Shown here piece after piece: positions 20,079 through 29,324 of a stretch of DNA of 64,000 nt. Every line of letters starts with the position of its first letter. The first letter of the stretch is position 1. The notes under the pieces are model-generated. The model searched no databases, had not been told where the DNA came from, and saw only the letters and a list, made by a program, of their open reading frames with translations. The position numbers and the translations under genes are program-made. This DNA is from Ilumatobacteraceae bacterium (lineage in GTDB: Bacteria > Actinomycetota > Acidimicrobiia > Acidimicrobiales > Ilumatobacteraceae): the NCBI GenBank assembly GCA_963710625.1, contig CAVQBG010000024.1:52422-116421 (forward strand), in the 5' to 3' direction.

Positions 20079-21266
20079 ATGCGCGTGACCGACTGCACCA
20101 CCTTCGTGATCGCCAACCCGCCGCCGCACTTCGGTGGGCGCTATTTCATCGTGGTCAAGCTGACGACCGACACCGGGGTGGTCGGCTACGGCGAGATCTA
20201 CGCCGCCACGTTCGGGCCGCACACGGTGGCGGCAATGGTCGACGACATCGCCGACAGGTGGGTGATCGACGCCGACGCGAACCGCATCGAGCTGCTGTGG
20301 CGGCGGATGTACTCGAGCGGATATGCGCTGCGGCCGGATCCGACGCTGGTGGGTGTGATGAGCGGGATCGAGATGGCGTGCTGGGACCTCGTCGGCAAGG
20401 AAGCCGGCAAGCCGGTGTACGACCTGCTCGGCGGTCGGGTGCACGACCGGATCCGCACCTACACCTATCTGTATCCGACAGACGGGCGACCGGACGTGTA
20501 CACCGACCCGGCTCAGGCGGCCGAGCAGGCGGCGTTCGAGGTCGAGCGGGGGTTCACCGCGGTGAAGTTCGATCCGGCCGGGCCGTACACGGCGTTCGAC
20601 GGACACCAGCCGAGCCTGGAGGACATCGAGCGGTCGGTCGCGATCACGAGCGCGATCCGCGAGGCGGTCGGTTCGCGCGCCGACCTGTTGTTCGGCACGC
20701 ACGGCCAGTTCACCGCCGCCGGTGCGATCCGGCTGGCGCAGCGGCTGGAGCCGTTCGATCCACTGTGGTTCGAGGAACCGACGCAGCCGGACCAGCCCGA
20801 GGAGATGGCACGGGTGGCCCGCCAGACGTCGATCCCGATCGCGACCGGTGAGCGACTGACGACGATCTCCGAGTTCGCCACGCTGGCACGCCATCAGGCG
20901 GCAGCGATCTGGCAGCCCAACCTCGGTCGGTGCGGCGGGTTGCTCGCCGGCAGGAAGATCGCGGCGATCGCCGAGGCGTCCGGGTGTCAGATCGCGCCAC
21001 ACCTGTACTCGGGTCCGATCCTCGGCGCGGCGAACATCCAGTTGGCGGCGACCCTGCCGAATCTGCTGATCGTCGAGGGCATCCAGGACTGGACCGGCTT
21101 CCACGCCGAGCTCCTGACCACCCCGATCGAGTGGGAGGACGGCCACGTGATCCCGTCGCGAGAGCCAGGCCTCGGCGTCGAGCTGAACGAAGAGGTGGCA
21201 CTGGCCAACCCCTACCCCGCGGACGGTGAATTGCACCTGACCATGTCCGTGACGCCAGGGGTCTGA
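20079..21266 (+). CDS. Enolase-superfamily enzyme (mandelate racemase / galactonate dehydratase-like)
   Basis: FVIANPPPHFGGRYFIVVKLTTDTGVVGYGE...KFDPAGP...WFEEP...IATGERL. The last codons and the stop lie inside a palindromic repeat. Confidence 0.8.
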   Translation: MRVTDCTTFVIANPPPHFGGRYFIVVKLTTDTGVVGYGEIYAATFGPHTVAAMVDDIADRWVIDADANRIELLWRRMYSSGYALRPDPTLVGVMSGIEMACWDLVGKEAGKPVYDLLGGRVHDRIRTYTYLYPTDGRPDVYTDPAQAAEQAAFEVERGFTAVKFDPAGPYTAFDGHQPSLEDIERSVAITSAIREAVGSRADLLFGTHGQFTAAGAIRLAQRLEPFDPLWFEEPTQPDQPEEMARVARQTSIPIATGERLTTISEFATLARHQAAAIWQPNLGRCGGLLAGRKIAAIAEASGCQIAPHLYSGPILGAANIQLAATLPNLLIVEGIQDWTGFHAELLTTPIEWEDGHVIPSREPGLGVELNEEVALANPYPADGELHLTMSVTPGV

Positions 21267-21334
21267 CCCCCGGCGTAACACCCGCCGAATCAAGCGATCA
21301 CCTGTTACGCCAGGGGTCTGACCCCTGGCGTCAC
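21252..21334. repeat. REP-like palindromic element pair (ACGCCAGGGGTCTGACCCC[C/T]GGCGT core)
   Basis: Copies at 21252-21279 and 21304-21331, in inverted orientation with a 24-nt spacer, between convergent genes. The same family occurs at 61272-61361. Confidence 0.85.
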
Positions 21335-24300
21335 TAACGGAAGTCGCGGGAGGTCGTCGTCGCTGACATCGGGAGGGGAGCGAGGTGGTCGGCGACGATG
21401 TTGACGACACCTTCGGCGCGTTCGAGGCGACCGCGGATCAGCATCGCGGGCGCTTCCCTCGCGACCTTGCGAAACCTCGCCCAGCAGCCCTTCGAGACCA
21501 CGACGTTGATCAGGCCGGTCTCGTCCTCCAGGTTGAGGAACGTGACGCCCTGCGCGGTCATCGGCCGCTGGCGATGGGTGACCACCCCGGCGACCCGCAC
21601 GATCGAACCCGGCTCGGGATCCCACAACTGCGACGAGGTGAGCACCCCCAAACGGGTCAACTCGTCGCGCACGAAGACGGTCGGATGGCCGTCGGGCGAC
21701 ACTCCCGTGGCCCACAGGTCGGCAACCGCCTCCTCCACCGGGGTCATCCCCGGCAGTCGCGGCGCCGCGTCGCCGGTCACCACACCGGGCAGTCGGCCGG
21801 GTCGCGACTGGGCGGTGGCGCCGACGGTCCACAGCGCCTTGCGCCGGTCCAGGCCGAAGCACTCGCCGAACAGTCCACCGGTCGCCATGGCCTCCAGCTG
21901 CACCAGCGTCAACGACGGGACCCTGCGAACGAGGTCCTCGGTGTCGGTGAACAACCCGCCCGCCTTGCGGGTCGCCTCGATCTCCTCGGCCAACTCCGAT
22001 CCGATCCCGCGCACCGAGCCGATCCCCAACCGCACCGCGACACCACCCTCCGACGACTCACACGGCTCCAACGTCGCTGCTGCCAGCGACGCGTTGAGGT
22101 CCGGTGTGTGCACGACCACGCCGTGGCGGCGGGCGTCGCGCACCAGCGTGTGCGGCGACCAGAACCCCATCGGCTGTGCGTTGAGCAGCGCCGCACAGAA
22201 CGCGGCCGGCTCGTGGTACTTGATCCACGACGACGCGTAGACGAGGTAGGCGAAGCTCACCGAGTGCGACTCGGGGAAGCCGTAGTTGGCGAACGCCTTC
22301 ATCTTCATGAACAGCTCGTCGGCGATCTCGCCGGTGATGCCCCGCTCGGCCATCCCGGCATACAGCCGTTCCTTCAGCCGCTCCATCCGCCGGGCCGAGC
22401 GCTTCGACCCCATCGCCTGGCGCAGCTCGTCGGACTCGGCCGGTGTGAACCCGGCGACGTCGATCGCCATCTGCATCAGCTGCTCCTGGAACAGGGGCAC
22501 GCCGAGCGTCTTGCCGAGCGAGTTCTCCAGCAGCGGATGCAGGTACGTGATCGGCTCGAGCCCGTTGCGGCGCCGGATGTACGGATGCACCGACCCGCCC
22601 TGGATCGGCCCCGGCCGGATCAGCGCGACCTCGACCACCAGGTCGTAGAATCGTCGTGGCTTGAGCCGCGGCAGTGTCGCCATCTGCGCCCGTGACTCGA
22701 TCTGGAACACCCCGACGGTGTCGGCGCGGCACAGCATCCCGTACACGTCGTCGTCCTGCGGAATCGTCGCGAGGTCGATCTCGTGGCCGCGGTGCTCACG
22801 TACCAGGTCGACGGCATAGTGGAGCGCCGAGAGCATCCCGAGCCCGAGCAGGTCGAACTTCACCAGACCGGTGCGAGCGCAGTCGTCCTTGTCCCATTGC
22901 AGCACCGACCGCTTGTCCATCCGCCCCCACTCGACCGGGCACACCTCGATCACCGGCCGGTCGCAGATCACCATGCCCCCGGAATGGATGCCGAGGTGGC
23001 GCGGGGCGTCCTCGACCTCCAGCGCCAGCTCCAGCACCGGTTCGGGGATCGAGCAGTCGGTCTGCGCGGCGGTCACCGCCACGCCGCCCCAGCCGTCGAC
23101 CTGCTTCGACCAGGCGTCCTGCTGGCCCGGTTCGAACCCGAGCGCCTTGGCCATGTCGCGCACCGCCGAGCGCGCCCGGTAGGTGATCACGTTCGCCACC
23201 TGGGCGGTGTGGTGGCGGCCATAGCGCTCGTAGACGTACTGGATCACCTCCTCGCGCCGGTCACTTTCGATGTCGACGTCGATGTCGGGTGGACCGTCGC
23301 GCTCGGGCGACAGGAACCGCTCGAACAGCAGGCCGAGCGACACGGCGTCGGCGGCAGTGACACCGATCGCGTAGCAGACCGCCGAGTTGGCGGCGCTCCC
23401 CCGGCCCTGACAGAAGATGTTGGCTCGGCGGCAGAACTCGACGATGTCCCACACGATCAGGAAGTACCCGGCGAAGTCGAGCTGTTCGATCAGCGCCAGC
23501 TCGTGATCGATCGTCTTCCACGCCCGTGCTCGCAGCGAGAGGTCCTCCGCGCGGACCGGACGTTCGCCGTATCGGCGGCGGGCGCCCTCCTCGGTCACCC
23601 ACCGGAGGTACTGCATCTCGGTCAGCGCCGTACCGTCCGGTCGAACGGGGCACGGGAACGGCGGCAACTTCGGAGCCACCAGCGACAGGTCGAACGCCGC
23701 CGCCCGGCCGATCTCCGCTGCCCGCTCGACGACGCCCGGATAGCGACGGAACCGCTTGGCCTGCTCGGCACCGGAACGGAGGTGCGCGCCCGCAGCAGCC
23801 GGCAGCCACGGGTCGACCTGGTCGAGGCTGCGACGCGACCGCACGGCAGCGAGCGCGGTGGCCAACCGGCGTTGCGTCGGGGTGGCGTAGTGGACGTTGT
23901 TGGTCGCCACGCACTCGACACGTTCACGATGAGCGAGTTCGACGAGTGCATCGTTGCGGGCGGTGTCGAGCGGGTCACCGTGGTCCCACAATTCGACCAG
24001 CACCCGGTCACGCCCGAACGCGTCGACCAGCCGGAGCAGCTCCCGCCGGGCCGCCGCTGGGCCGCCGGCGACCAGCGCCGCAGGCACTGCACCCTTGCGG
24101 CAGCCCGTGAGCACCCAGCCGTGACCGGCGACGATGTCGGCGACGTCGCCGAACGCGAACTGCGGCGCCCCCTTCTCGCCGGCCAGGTGTCCGTTGCTCA
24201 GCACCCGGGAGAGCCGGGCATACCCGTCGGGGCCGTCGGCCAGCACGAGGAGATGCGTGCCGGACGGATCGGGGGCATGCGAGTCGGGAACCATGCCGGT

Positions 24301-24771
24301 GTCGACCTGACGATCGGTGTCGCGTTCGGACCGGAACACTGATCGCTCGGTGGCCGACAGCCCGATCTCGCTCCCGAACACGGTCGGGAGGCCGACCGCC
24401 TTGGCCGCTTCCGCGAATCGGACCACCCCGTAGAAGCCGTCGTGATCGGTGATCGCCAACGCCTCCAGGCCGAGGCGAGCCGCTTCGGTCGCCAGCTCCT
24501 CGGGATGCGACGCGCCGTCGAGGAACGAGAAGTTCGAATGACAGTGCAGCTCGGCATAGGGAACGACCGGCGCCGCTGACGCCGTCCTGGTCAGCTCCGG
24601 CGGCGCCTCGAACGGCTGACGTTTGCGGCTCCACGCCGGTCCGTCACCGCCCGAGTTCCATGACGGGCTTCCCGGGGCGCGCCCGTCTCGCCCCGTCGCC
24701 CGAGCCTCCGGTCTGCCCGACAGCGTCGCTTCCAGTTCACTCCACGACCACGAAGGGTTGTTGAACCCCAT
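21334..24771 (-). CDS. dnaE2: Error-prone DNA polymerase III alpha subunit DnaE2 (ImuC)
   Basis: MGFNNPSWSWSELEATLSGRP...YAELHCHSNFSFLDGASHPEEL...ITDHDGFYGV. Start set at the MGFNN ATG by analogy with mycobacterial DnaE2 (MGWSNGPPSW). Confidence 0.9.
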   Translation of the reverse strand: MGFNNPSWSWSELEATLSGRPEARATGRDGRAPGSPSWNSGGDGPAWSRKRQPFEAPPELTRTASAAPVVPYAELHCHSNFSFLDGASHPEELATEAARLGLEALAITDHDGFYGVVRFAEAAKAVGLPTVFGSEIGLSATERSVFRSERDTDRQVDTGMVPDSHAPDPSGTHLLVLADGPDGYARLSRVLSNGHLAGEKGAPQFAFGDVADIVAGHGWVLTGCRKGAVPAALVAGGPAAARRELLRLVDAFGRDRVLVELWDHGDPLDTARNDALVELAHRERVECVATNNVHYATPTQRRLATALAAVRSRRSLDQVDPWLPAAAGAHLRSGAEQAKRFRRYPGVVERAAEIGRAAAFDLSLVAPKLPPFPCPVRPDGTALTEMQYLRWVTEEGARRRYGERPVRAEDLSLRARAWKTIDHELALIEQLDFAGYFLIVWDIVEFCRRANIFCQGRGSAANSAVCYAIGVTAADAVSLGLLFERFLSPERDGPPDIDVDIESDRREEVIQYVYERYGRHHTAQVANVITYRARSAVRDMAKALGFEPGQQDAWSKQVDGWGGVAVTAAQTDCSIPEPVLELALEVEDAPRHLGIHSGGMVICDRPVIEVCPVEWGRMDKRSVLQWDKDDCARTGLVKFDLLGLGMLSALHYAVDLVREHRGHEIDLATIPQDDDVYGMLCRADTVGVFQIESRAQMATLPRLKPRRFYDLVVEVALIRPGPIQGGSVHPYIRRRNGLEPITYLHPLLENSLGKTLGVPLFQEQLMQMAIDVAGFTPAESDELRQAMGSKRSARRMERLKERLYAGMAERGITGEIADELFMKMKAFANYGFPESHSVSFAYLVYASSWIKYHEPAAFCAALLNAQPMGFWSPHTLVRDARRHGVVVHTPDLNASLAAATLEPCESSEGGVAVRLGIGSVRGIGSELAEEIEATRKAGGLFTDTEDLVRRVPSLTLVQLEAMATGGLFGECFGLDRRKALWTVGATAQSRPGRLPGVVTGDAAPRLPGMTPVEEAVADLWATGVSPDGHPTVFVRDELTRLGVLTSSQLWDPEPGSIVRVAGVVTHRQRPMTAQGVTFLNLEDETGLINVVVSKGCWARFRKVAREAPAMLIRGRLERAEGVVNIVADHLAPLPMSATTTSRDFR

Positions 24772-24781
24772 CCACCCAGTA

Positions 24782-24797
24782 TCGAACACACGTTCGC
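24782..24797. promoter_or_regulatory. LexA (SOS) box upstream of dnaE2
   Basis: TCGAACACACGTTCGC matches the actinobacterial TCGAAC-N4-GTTCGA consensus. It lies 11 nt upstream of the dnaE2 ATG. Confidence 0.8.
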
Positions 24798-24817
24798 ACC
24801 CTCGCAACCCCCTCAAC

Positions 24818-24870
24818 CCGAAATATGCCTCGATCGTCGCGCCCAGCGCTCAGATCGAGGCATATTTCGG
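24818..24870. repeat. Long perfect hairpin (18-bp arms)
   Basis: CCGAAATATGCCTCGATC, 17-nt spacer, GATCGAGGCATATTTCGG. The arms are related to the hairpin at 26098-26149. Confidence 0.85.
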
Positions 24871-25016
24871 ATGGGACCTGGACGTGGTCAGCCGTCGGAT
24901 CACCGGGTTCGGGACCAAGGGCCCTAGCCGGAGCGCCTCGGGAACCGGCACGCTCGTCACAGACCTACCTACTGGTCGGTAGAGAACAGATCCGCCTCCC
25001 ACCGCCCGAGGACGAC

Positions 25017-26090
25017 ATGACAGCCGCCACCGCCAGCGAGGACACTGCCACCCGCCATCTGCACGGGATCGAGACACCGGCGACGCCCACCGGACTCAAA
25101 CCGGTCCTCGCCGTCATCCCCGAGCACTGCTACGAGCGGTCGACGATACGCGGACTCGGTCTGTTCCTTCGCGACGTGATCATCTTCGGGCTGGCGACGT
25201 GGGGATTGCTGTCCACCAACAACCCGCTGCTGCTCGTTCCCCTCTGGCTGCTGAGCGGCGTGATGGTCGCCGGCCTGTTCGTGATCGGCCACGACGCCGC
25301 GCACGGCGCACTGTTCGACTCCAAAGGCCTCAACGCCGTGGTCGCCCGCGTGAGCATGCTGCCGTCGCTCCACGCGGTCGAGGTGTGGGTGTTCGGCCAC
25401 AACCGGGTCCACCACGGCCACACCCTGCGCCAGGGCATGGACTTCGTGTGGCACCCGCTCACCGTCGAGCAGTACGAGGAACTCGGACGATTCGGCCGAC
25501 TCCGCCACAAGCTGGAATGGGGTCCGTTCGGTGCCGGCGCCTACTACCTCCGCGAGGTGTGGTGGAACAAGATGGTGCGCTTCACGCCGCCACCGCGTTG
25601 GCGACGCCGGATGCGTCTCGACCAGGCGCTGGTGGCCGGGTATGCGCTGGGTACGCTGGCGCTCCTCGTCGCCGTCGATGGCACCGGCGGGATCTGGCAG
25701 TGGGTCAAGGTCGTCGTGATCCCCTTCCTGCTCTTCTGCCAGGCGATCGGCTGGGTGGTCCACGTCCACCACATCGCCCCCGACATCCGCTGGTGGCCCC
25801 GCCGGGAGTGGAACCGCTTCCGCGGTCAGGTCGAGGGCACGACGATCCTGTGGGGGCCACCGGGGTGGGACTTCTTCGTCCACTGGATCATGGTCCACCT
25901 CCCCCATCACGTCGACATGCAGATCCCGTGCTACCGCCTCCCCGAGGCGGCCCGGGCGATCGCCGACGCCTACCCCGACGAGGTCGTCGAGCAGCCGATC
26001 AGCATTCGCGACTACCTCCGCTCGACGAAGGCCTGCAAGCTCCACGACTTCGACACCGGCACCTGGCACACGTACCCCACCGCACACTGA
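25017..26090 (+). CDS. Membrane fatty-acid desaturase family protein
   Basis: His boxes GHDAAHG, HNRVHHGH, HLPHHVDMQ, plus TM helices. Confidence 0.85.
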   Translation: MTAATASEDTATRHLHGIETPATPTGLKPVLAVIPEHCYERSTIRGLGLFLRDVIIFGLATWGLLSTNNPLLLVPLWLLSGVMVAGLFVIGHDAAHGALFDSKGLNAVVARVSMLPSLHAVEVWVFGHNRVHHGHTLRQGMDFVWHPLTVEQYEELGRFGRLRHKLEWGPFGAGAYYLREVWWNKMVRFTPPPRWRRRMRLDQALVAGYALGTLALLVAVDGTGGIWQWVKVVVIPFLLFCQAIGWVVHVHHIAPDIRWWPRREWNRFRGQVEGTTILWGPPGWDFFVHWIMVHLPHHVDMQIPCYRLPEAARAIADAYPDEVVEQPISIRDYLRSTKACKLHDFDTGTWHTYPTAH

Positions 26091-26097
26091 CTCATCT

Positions 26098-26149
26098 CCG
26101 AAAAATGCCCGGATCTGCGCGCTGAGCGCGCAGATCCGGGCATTTTCGG
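26098..26149. terminator. Long hairpin (~24-bp arms, 3-nt loop) between convergent genes
   Basis: CCGAAAAATGCCCGGATCTGCGCGC-TGA-GCGCGCAGATCCGGGCATTTTCGG, with one A bulge. Confidence 0.7.
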
Positions 26150-26190
26150 GGTGGGGGGTGGGGGTTGGGGGGTTGGGGGTTGGGGGTTGG
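26148..26190 (+). repeat. G-tract tandem repeat (GGGGG[G]T[T])n, G-quadruplex-forming
   Basis: GGGGTGGGGGGTGGGGGTTGGGGGGTTGGGGGTTGGGGGTTGG: six runs of four or more G, abutting the NUDIX stop codon. Confidence 0.85.
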
Positions 26191-26733
26191 TCACGGCGTC
26201 AGCGCGAGCAGGAGACCGCGCAGGCCCGGATCGGCGCGATCGATCGCAGCCGCCCAGGCGAACCAGCCGATGAGCTGACTCTCGCCCTCCGGCGGTGTCG
26301 GGTCGGCCTCACCACCGTCGATCAGGTACCGCAGGTCGAGGTGCGTGTGGCCGCGGCCGCCGGCATGCACGTCGACGTGGATCAGCTCCGGAACACCGTG
26401 TTGGTCGATCGGCCCGGCGAGACGGACGTCGAGTCCGGTCTCCTCGCGGCTCTCGCGCAGCGATGCGTCCCATGGCGTCTCGCCCGGATCGATGTGACCG
26501 CCCGGCTGCAGCCAGATCCCCAGCCGTTTGTGCTCGAGCAGGATCACCCCTCGCGGCCCCACGACGATGCCCGAACCGGTGACGTGGATCGGATCGGACT
26601 GCTGGTCGAGGGGCGCTTCCAGCCGATCGAACGCGGCCAGGAACGCCACGATCGAGTCGGCCTCGCGTCGATCGACCGGCTCGCGCGCCACCACATCGCG
26701 CCGGATCCGTCGGTGGAGTTCATCAGCGTGCAC
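26191..26733 (-). CDS. NUDIX hydrolase
   Basis: Nudix box GGHIDPGETPWDASLRESREETGL. Only the C-terminal ~180 codons of the 505-aa ORF look genuine. The GTG start is uncertain. Confidence 0.7.
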   Translation of the reverse strand: MHADELHRRIRRDVVAREPVDRREADSIVAFLAAFDRLEAPLDQQSDPIHVTGSGIVVGPRGVILLEHKRLGIWLQPGGHIDPGETPWDASLRESREETGLDVRLAGPIDQHGVPELIHVDVHAGGRGHTHLDLRYLIDGGEADPTPPEGESQLIGWFAWAAAIDRADPGLRGLLLALTP

Positions 26734-26764
26734 GACCCCGGTGTACCAGCATCGACGCAAACGA

Positions 26765-26812
26765 CACACGTGTGATTTCTTGGGATTTGTTCTTGAGTTC
26801 GTCAGTTTCCCG
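26765..26812. promoter_or_regulatory. Divergent promoter region: 10-bp palindrome plus a locally AT-rich tract
   Basis: CACACGTGTG (26765-26774) followed by ATTTCTTGGGATTTGTTCTTGAGTTCGTCAGTTT, which contains TTCTTG twice. Strongly AT-rich compared with its GC-rich surroundings. Confidence 0.3.
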
Positions 26813-26880
26813 ACCGATAGCACCAGCAGGACACAACGGAGCGGCCGGACCCCGGCCGATGAACCTGGCGGGAAAAACAC

Positions 26881-27648
26881 ATGGACAACGACACCAACAT
26901 CGCACCTCGCATCCTGATTGCCGTGGACGATCCAGACCTTCGTCGCATCAGCGTTGCGGGCTTGCGGGCCGCCGGCTTCAGCGTCAGCGCCCCCACCGAT
27001 GGTGAGGCGGCGATCATGCTCGCCGAGTCGTTCTCCCCCGACGTGCTGATCGTCTGCTCTCGGCTTCGTTCCCCCGACGGCCGCCCGCTGTTCGAACGCC
27101 TTCGCGACTCGAGCGAGCAGTATCTGCTCTGCATCACCGAAGAGGGCGCCCACCGCACCCGTGCCGCCATGCTCCACTCCGGCGCCGACGACGCCGTGTC
27201 GGTCCCGGTGACGCCCGAAGAGCTCACCGCTCGTTGCCATGCGCTCCTGCGTCGCCCCCGCCAGATGCAGAACCGTGTCGAGACCGTCATGACCTCGGTG
27301 CTCAACCTCGGACCGCTGACGATCGACCTCGGTCGGCGAGAGGTGCGCATCGACGACGAGGAAGTCGCCACGACCCGCATCGAGTTCTCCCTGCTCGAGC
27401 AGTTGTGCCGCCGCCCAACCGAGGTGTGCACTCGTGAGGATCTCCTCGACGCCGTGTGGGGGCCGACCTGGGTCGGCGACAACCACGTCGTCGACGTCCA
27501 CCTGTCGAACCTTCGTCGCAAGCTCGACAAGGCCGCCCCCGAGTACAAGGTGATCCACACCGTCCGCGGGGTCGGATTCCGACTGGCCAACGACGTCACC
27601 GACTCGCTCGAGATCTCCCACCCGTTCAGCCTCGTCGCCGTCGGCTGA
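26881..27648 (+). CDS. OmpR/PhoB-type winged-helix response regulator with an aspartate-less (atypical) receiver
   Basis: Receiver ILIAVDDPDL...DVLIVCSRLRSPDG, then wHTH LGPLTIDLGRREV...EFSLLEQL...VDVHLSNLRRKL...IHTVRGVGFRL. Confidence 0.85.
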   Translation: MDNDTNIAPRILIAVDDPDLRRISVAGLRAAGFSVSAPTDGEAAIMLAESFSPDVLIVCSRLRSPDGRPLFERLRDSSEQYLLCITEEGAHRTRAAMLHSGADDAVSVPVTPEELTARCHALLRRPRQMQNRVETVMTSVLNLGPLTIDLGRREVRIDDEEVATTRIEFSLLEQLCRRPTEVCTREDLLDAVWGPTWVGDNHVVDVHLSNLRRKLDKAAPEYKVIHTVRGVGFRLANDVTDSLEISHPFSLVAVG

Positions 27649-27683
27649 CGTTCGCTCTCGGTGTCGGCACCGAACGCAGTGGC

Positions 27684-29306
27684 TCAGTCGTAACGGGCGC
27701 TGATCCACCAGCGTTGGCGTTCGAGGACGACGAGCAGTCCCTCACGGTCGTCGGTCACCATCTGGAAGCGCGCCAGTCGGCGATGGCGATCCGGTTCCCA
27801 CCAGCGCTCCTCCACCGGCCACGGACCCGCCCAGGCGATGATCGGCCGCGGGCGACCACGACGCCACCCCGTTGCGTCATCGCCCGTCAGCAACCGCAGT
27901 GACGCCGGCGCTGCCGACACCGCCCCCCGCCCGGTGACCTGCACGAGTTCCCCGCGTTCATCGAGCACCTCGGCGGGAAGCGGATCGGCGAACACCGTCG
28001 CCGGTGACGGCGTCGGCAGCGCACCGGGCCACGGACCGACCGGACCGGACCCCGTGCGAGCCACCGCTCGGTGGTCGAGGTCGACCATGGCTGCCGGCAC
28101 CCAGTCGTAGCGGTCGGCAGGCAGTCGTCCGCCTCGCCAGACCGGCACCGTCACCGCATCCGACGAGGTCAGCGTGGTCAACCGGGCAATGGTCCGGGCT
28201 GCACGGCGGTCGGCTTCGGACTGGCCACCCCACAGCCCCAGCTGACTGCCGTCGTCGGCACGCACCTCATCGGGCGTCAGTCGGACGAGCACGACGCCGC
28301 CGGTGAGTTCCTGGTCGCTGCCCCGCGGCAGGTTCACCCAGGCGTCGAGTTGCCATCGGACCCGCTCGACCATCGCCGCTGCCGACATCCCTGCGGATCG
28401 ATACCACGACCGCTCGGATCGTTCGCCGTGCTCGGACTCCAGCGCCACCACCAGACGGGTACACACCCGCCCGTCGGCGGCGAGCGACCCCGCCAGTTCG
28501 TCGGCCAGTTGCTTGGCGATGAAGACGACCGCGCTCGAGTGTGCCGCCGGGTCGTCGAGGACGTGGTCGAGCCGACGTTCGGGCGCCGGATCGGTGGTGC
28601 TCGACGGCCGGGTGTCCATGCCCGACGCGAGGCGATGAGCGCGTACACCCGGGTGACCGAAGCGGCCGAGCACGTCGACGGCGTCGAGCGCGGCGAGATC
28701 GCCGAGCCGGCGCAGGCCGAGCCGACCGAACAGCTCGACCAGGTCGGGGTCACACTCGCCGAGCGTCTGCAACCATCCGATCGGGAGATCGGCACAGAAC
28801 GTCGGCGACCCACCAACGGGGACGAGCACGGGCCGACCCCGTCGAACGGCCAAGCGGGCGGCGATGCTCGACGCGAACCGCCCGTCGGCAACGCCGACAC
28901 CGGGAGGTCCGAGCGAGGTCGACAGCTCGCCAGTGAGTTGGACGAGCCGGTCGGCGAGCGCTTCGTCTCCACCGACGTACCGGGACGGCCCGCGGGCTCG
29001 CAGGCTGATCCAGCCAGGCTCGATCACGTCGAGCCGGGGGGAGAGTTCGGCCACACAGCGAGCCACCGGCTCGAACTCGCGGGCATCGCGATCGGGGTCG
29101 TGATCGAGCAGGGTGATCTGCGGGCAGCGTCGTTGGGCCTGTCGGCGTCGTTGACCGACGACCACGCCCTCGGAGGCTGCCGCGTTCGTGCGTGCGATGA
29201 CCCGGTTGGCCGACATCACCGCCGCAGGGACGTCGGCGGCGAACCCGGCGGCCGTCACCGGCCAGTCGGGGTACCAGATCGACACGATGCGCTGTGGCGC
29301 GTCCAT
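27684..29306 (-). CDS. imuB: ImuB, Y-family-polymerase-like mutasome subunit
   Basis: RIVSIWYPDWPVTAAG...VIARTNAAASEGVVVGQRRRQAQRRCP. Immediately downstream of imuA'. Confidence 0.85.
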   Translation of the reverse strand: MDAPQRIVSIWYPDWPVTAAGFAADVPAAVMSANRVIARTNAAASEGVVVGQRRRQAQRRCPQITLLDHDPDRDAREFEPVARCVAELSPRLDVIEPGWISLRARGPSRYVGGDEALADRLVQLTGELSTSLGPPGVGVADGRFASSIAARLAVRRGRPVLVPVGGSPTFCADLPIGWLQTLGECDPDLVELFGRLGLRRLGDLAALDAVDVLGRFGHPGVRAHRLASGMDTRPSSTTDPAPERRLDHVLDDPAAHSSAVVFIAKQLADELAGSLAADGRVCTRLVVALESEHGERSERSWYRSAGMSAAAMVERVRWQLDAWVNLPRGSDQELTGGVVLVRLTPDEVRADDGSQLGLWGGQSEADRRAARTIARLTTLTSSDAVTVPVWRGGRLPADRYDWVPAAMVDLDHRAVARTGSGPVGPWPGALPTPSPATVFADPLPAEVLDERGELVQVTGRGAVSAAPASLRLLTGDDATGWRRGRPRPIIAWAGPWPVEERWWEPDRHRRLARFQMVTDDREGLLVVLERQRWWISARYD

Positions 29307-29324
29307 TCGATCGCCTGCGACCGG

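Noticed and set aside
26148-26190. A linear-replicon telomere, suggested by the T2G5-like repeat.
   Set aside because: The repeat is internal to a contig with normal genes on both sides, and only ~6 units are present. I treat it as an intergenic G4-type repeat.
26191-27708. 505-aa ORF suggesting a large NUDIX-containing protein.
   Set aside because: Only the last ~180 codons have Nudix features. The rest is antisense to the well-supported response-regulator gene (26881-27648).
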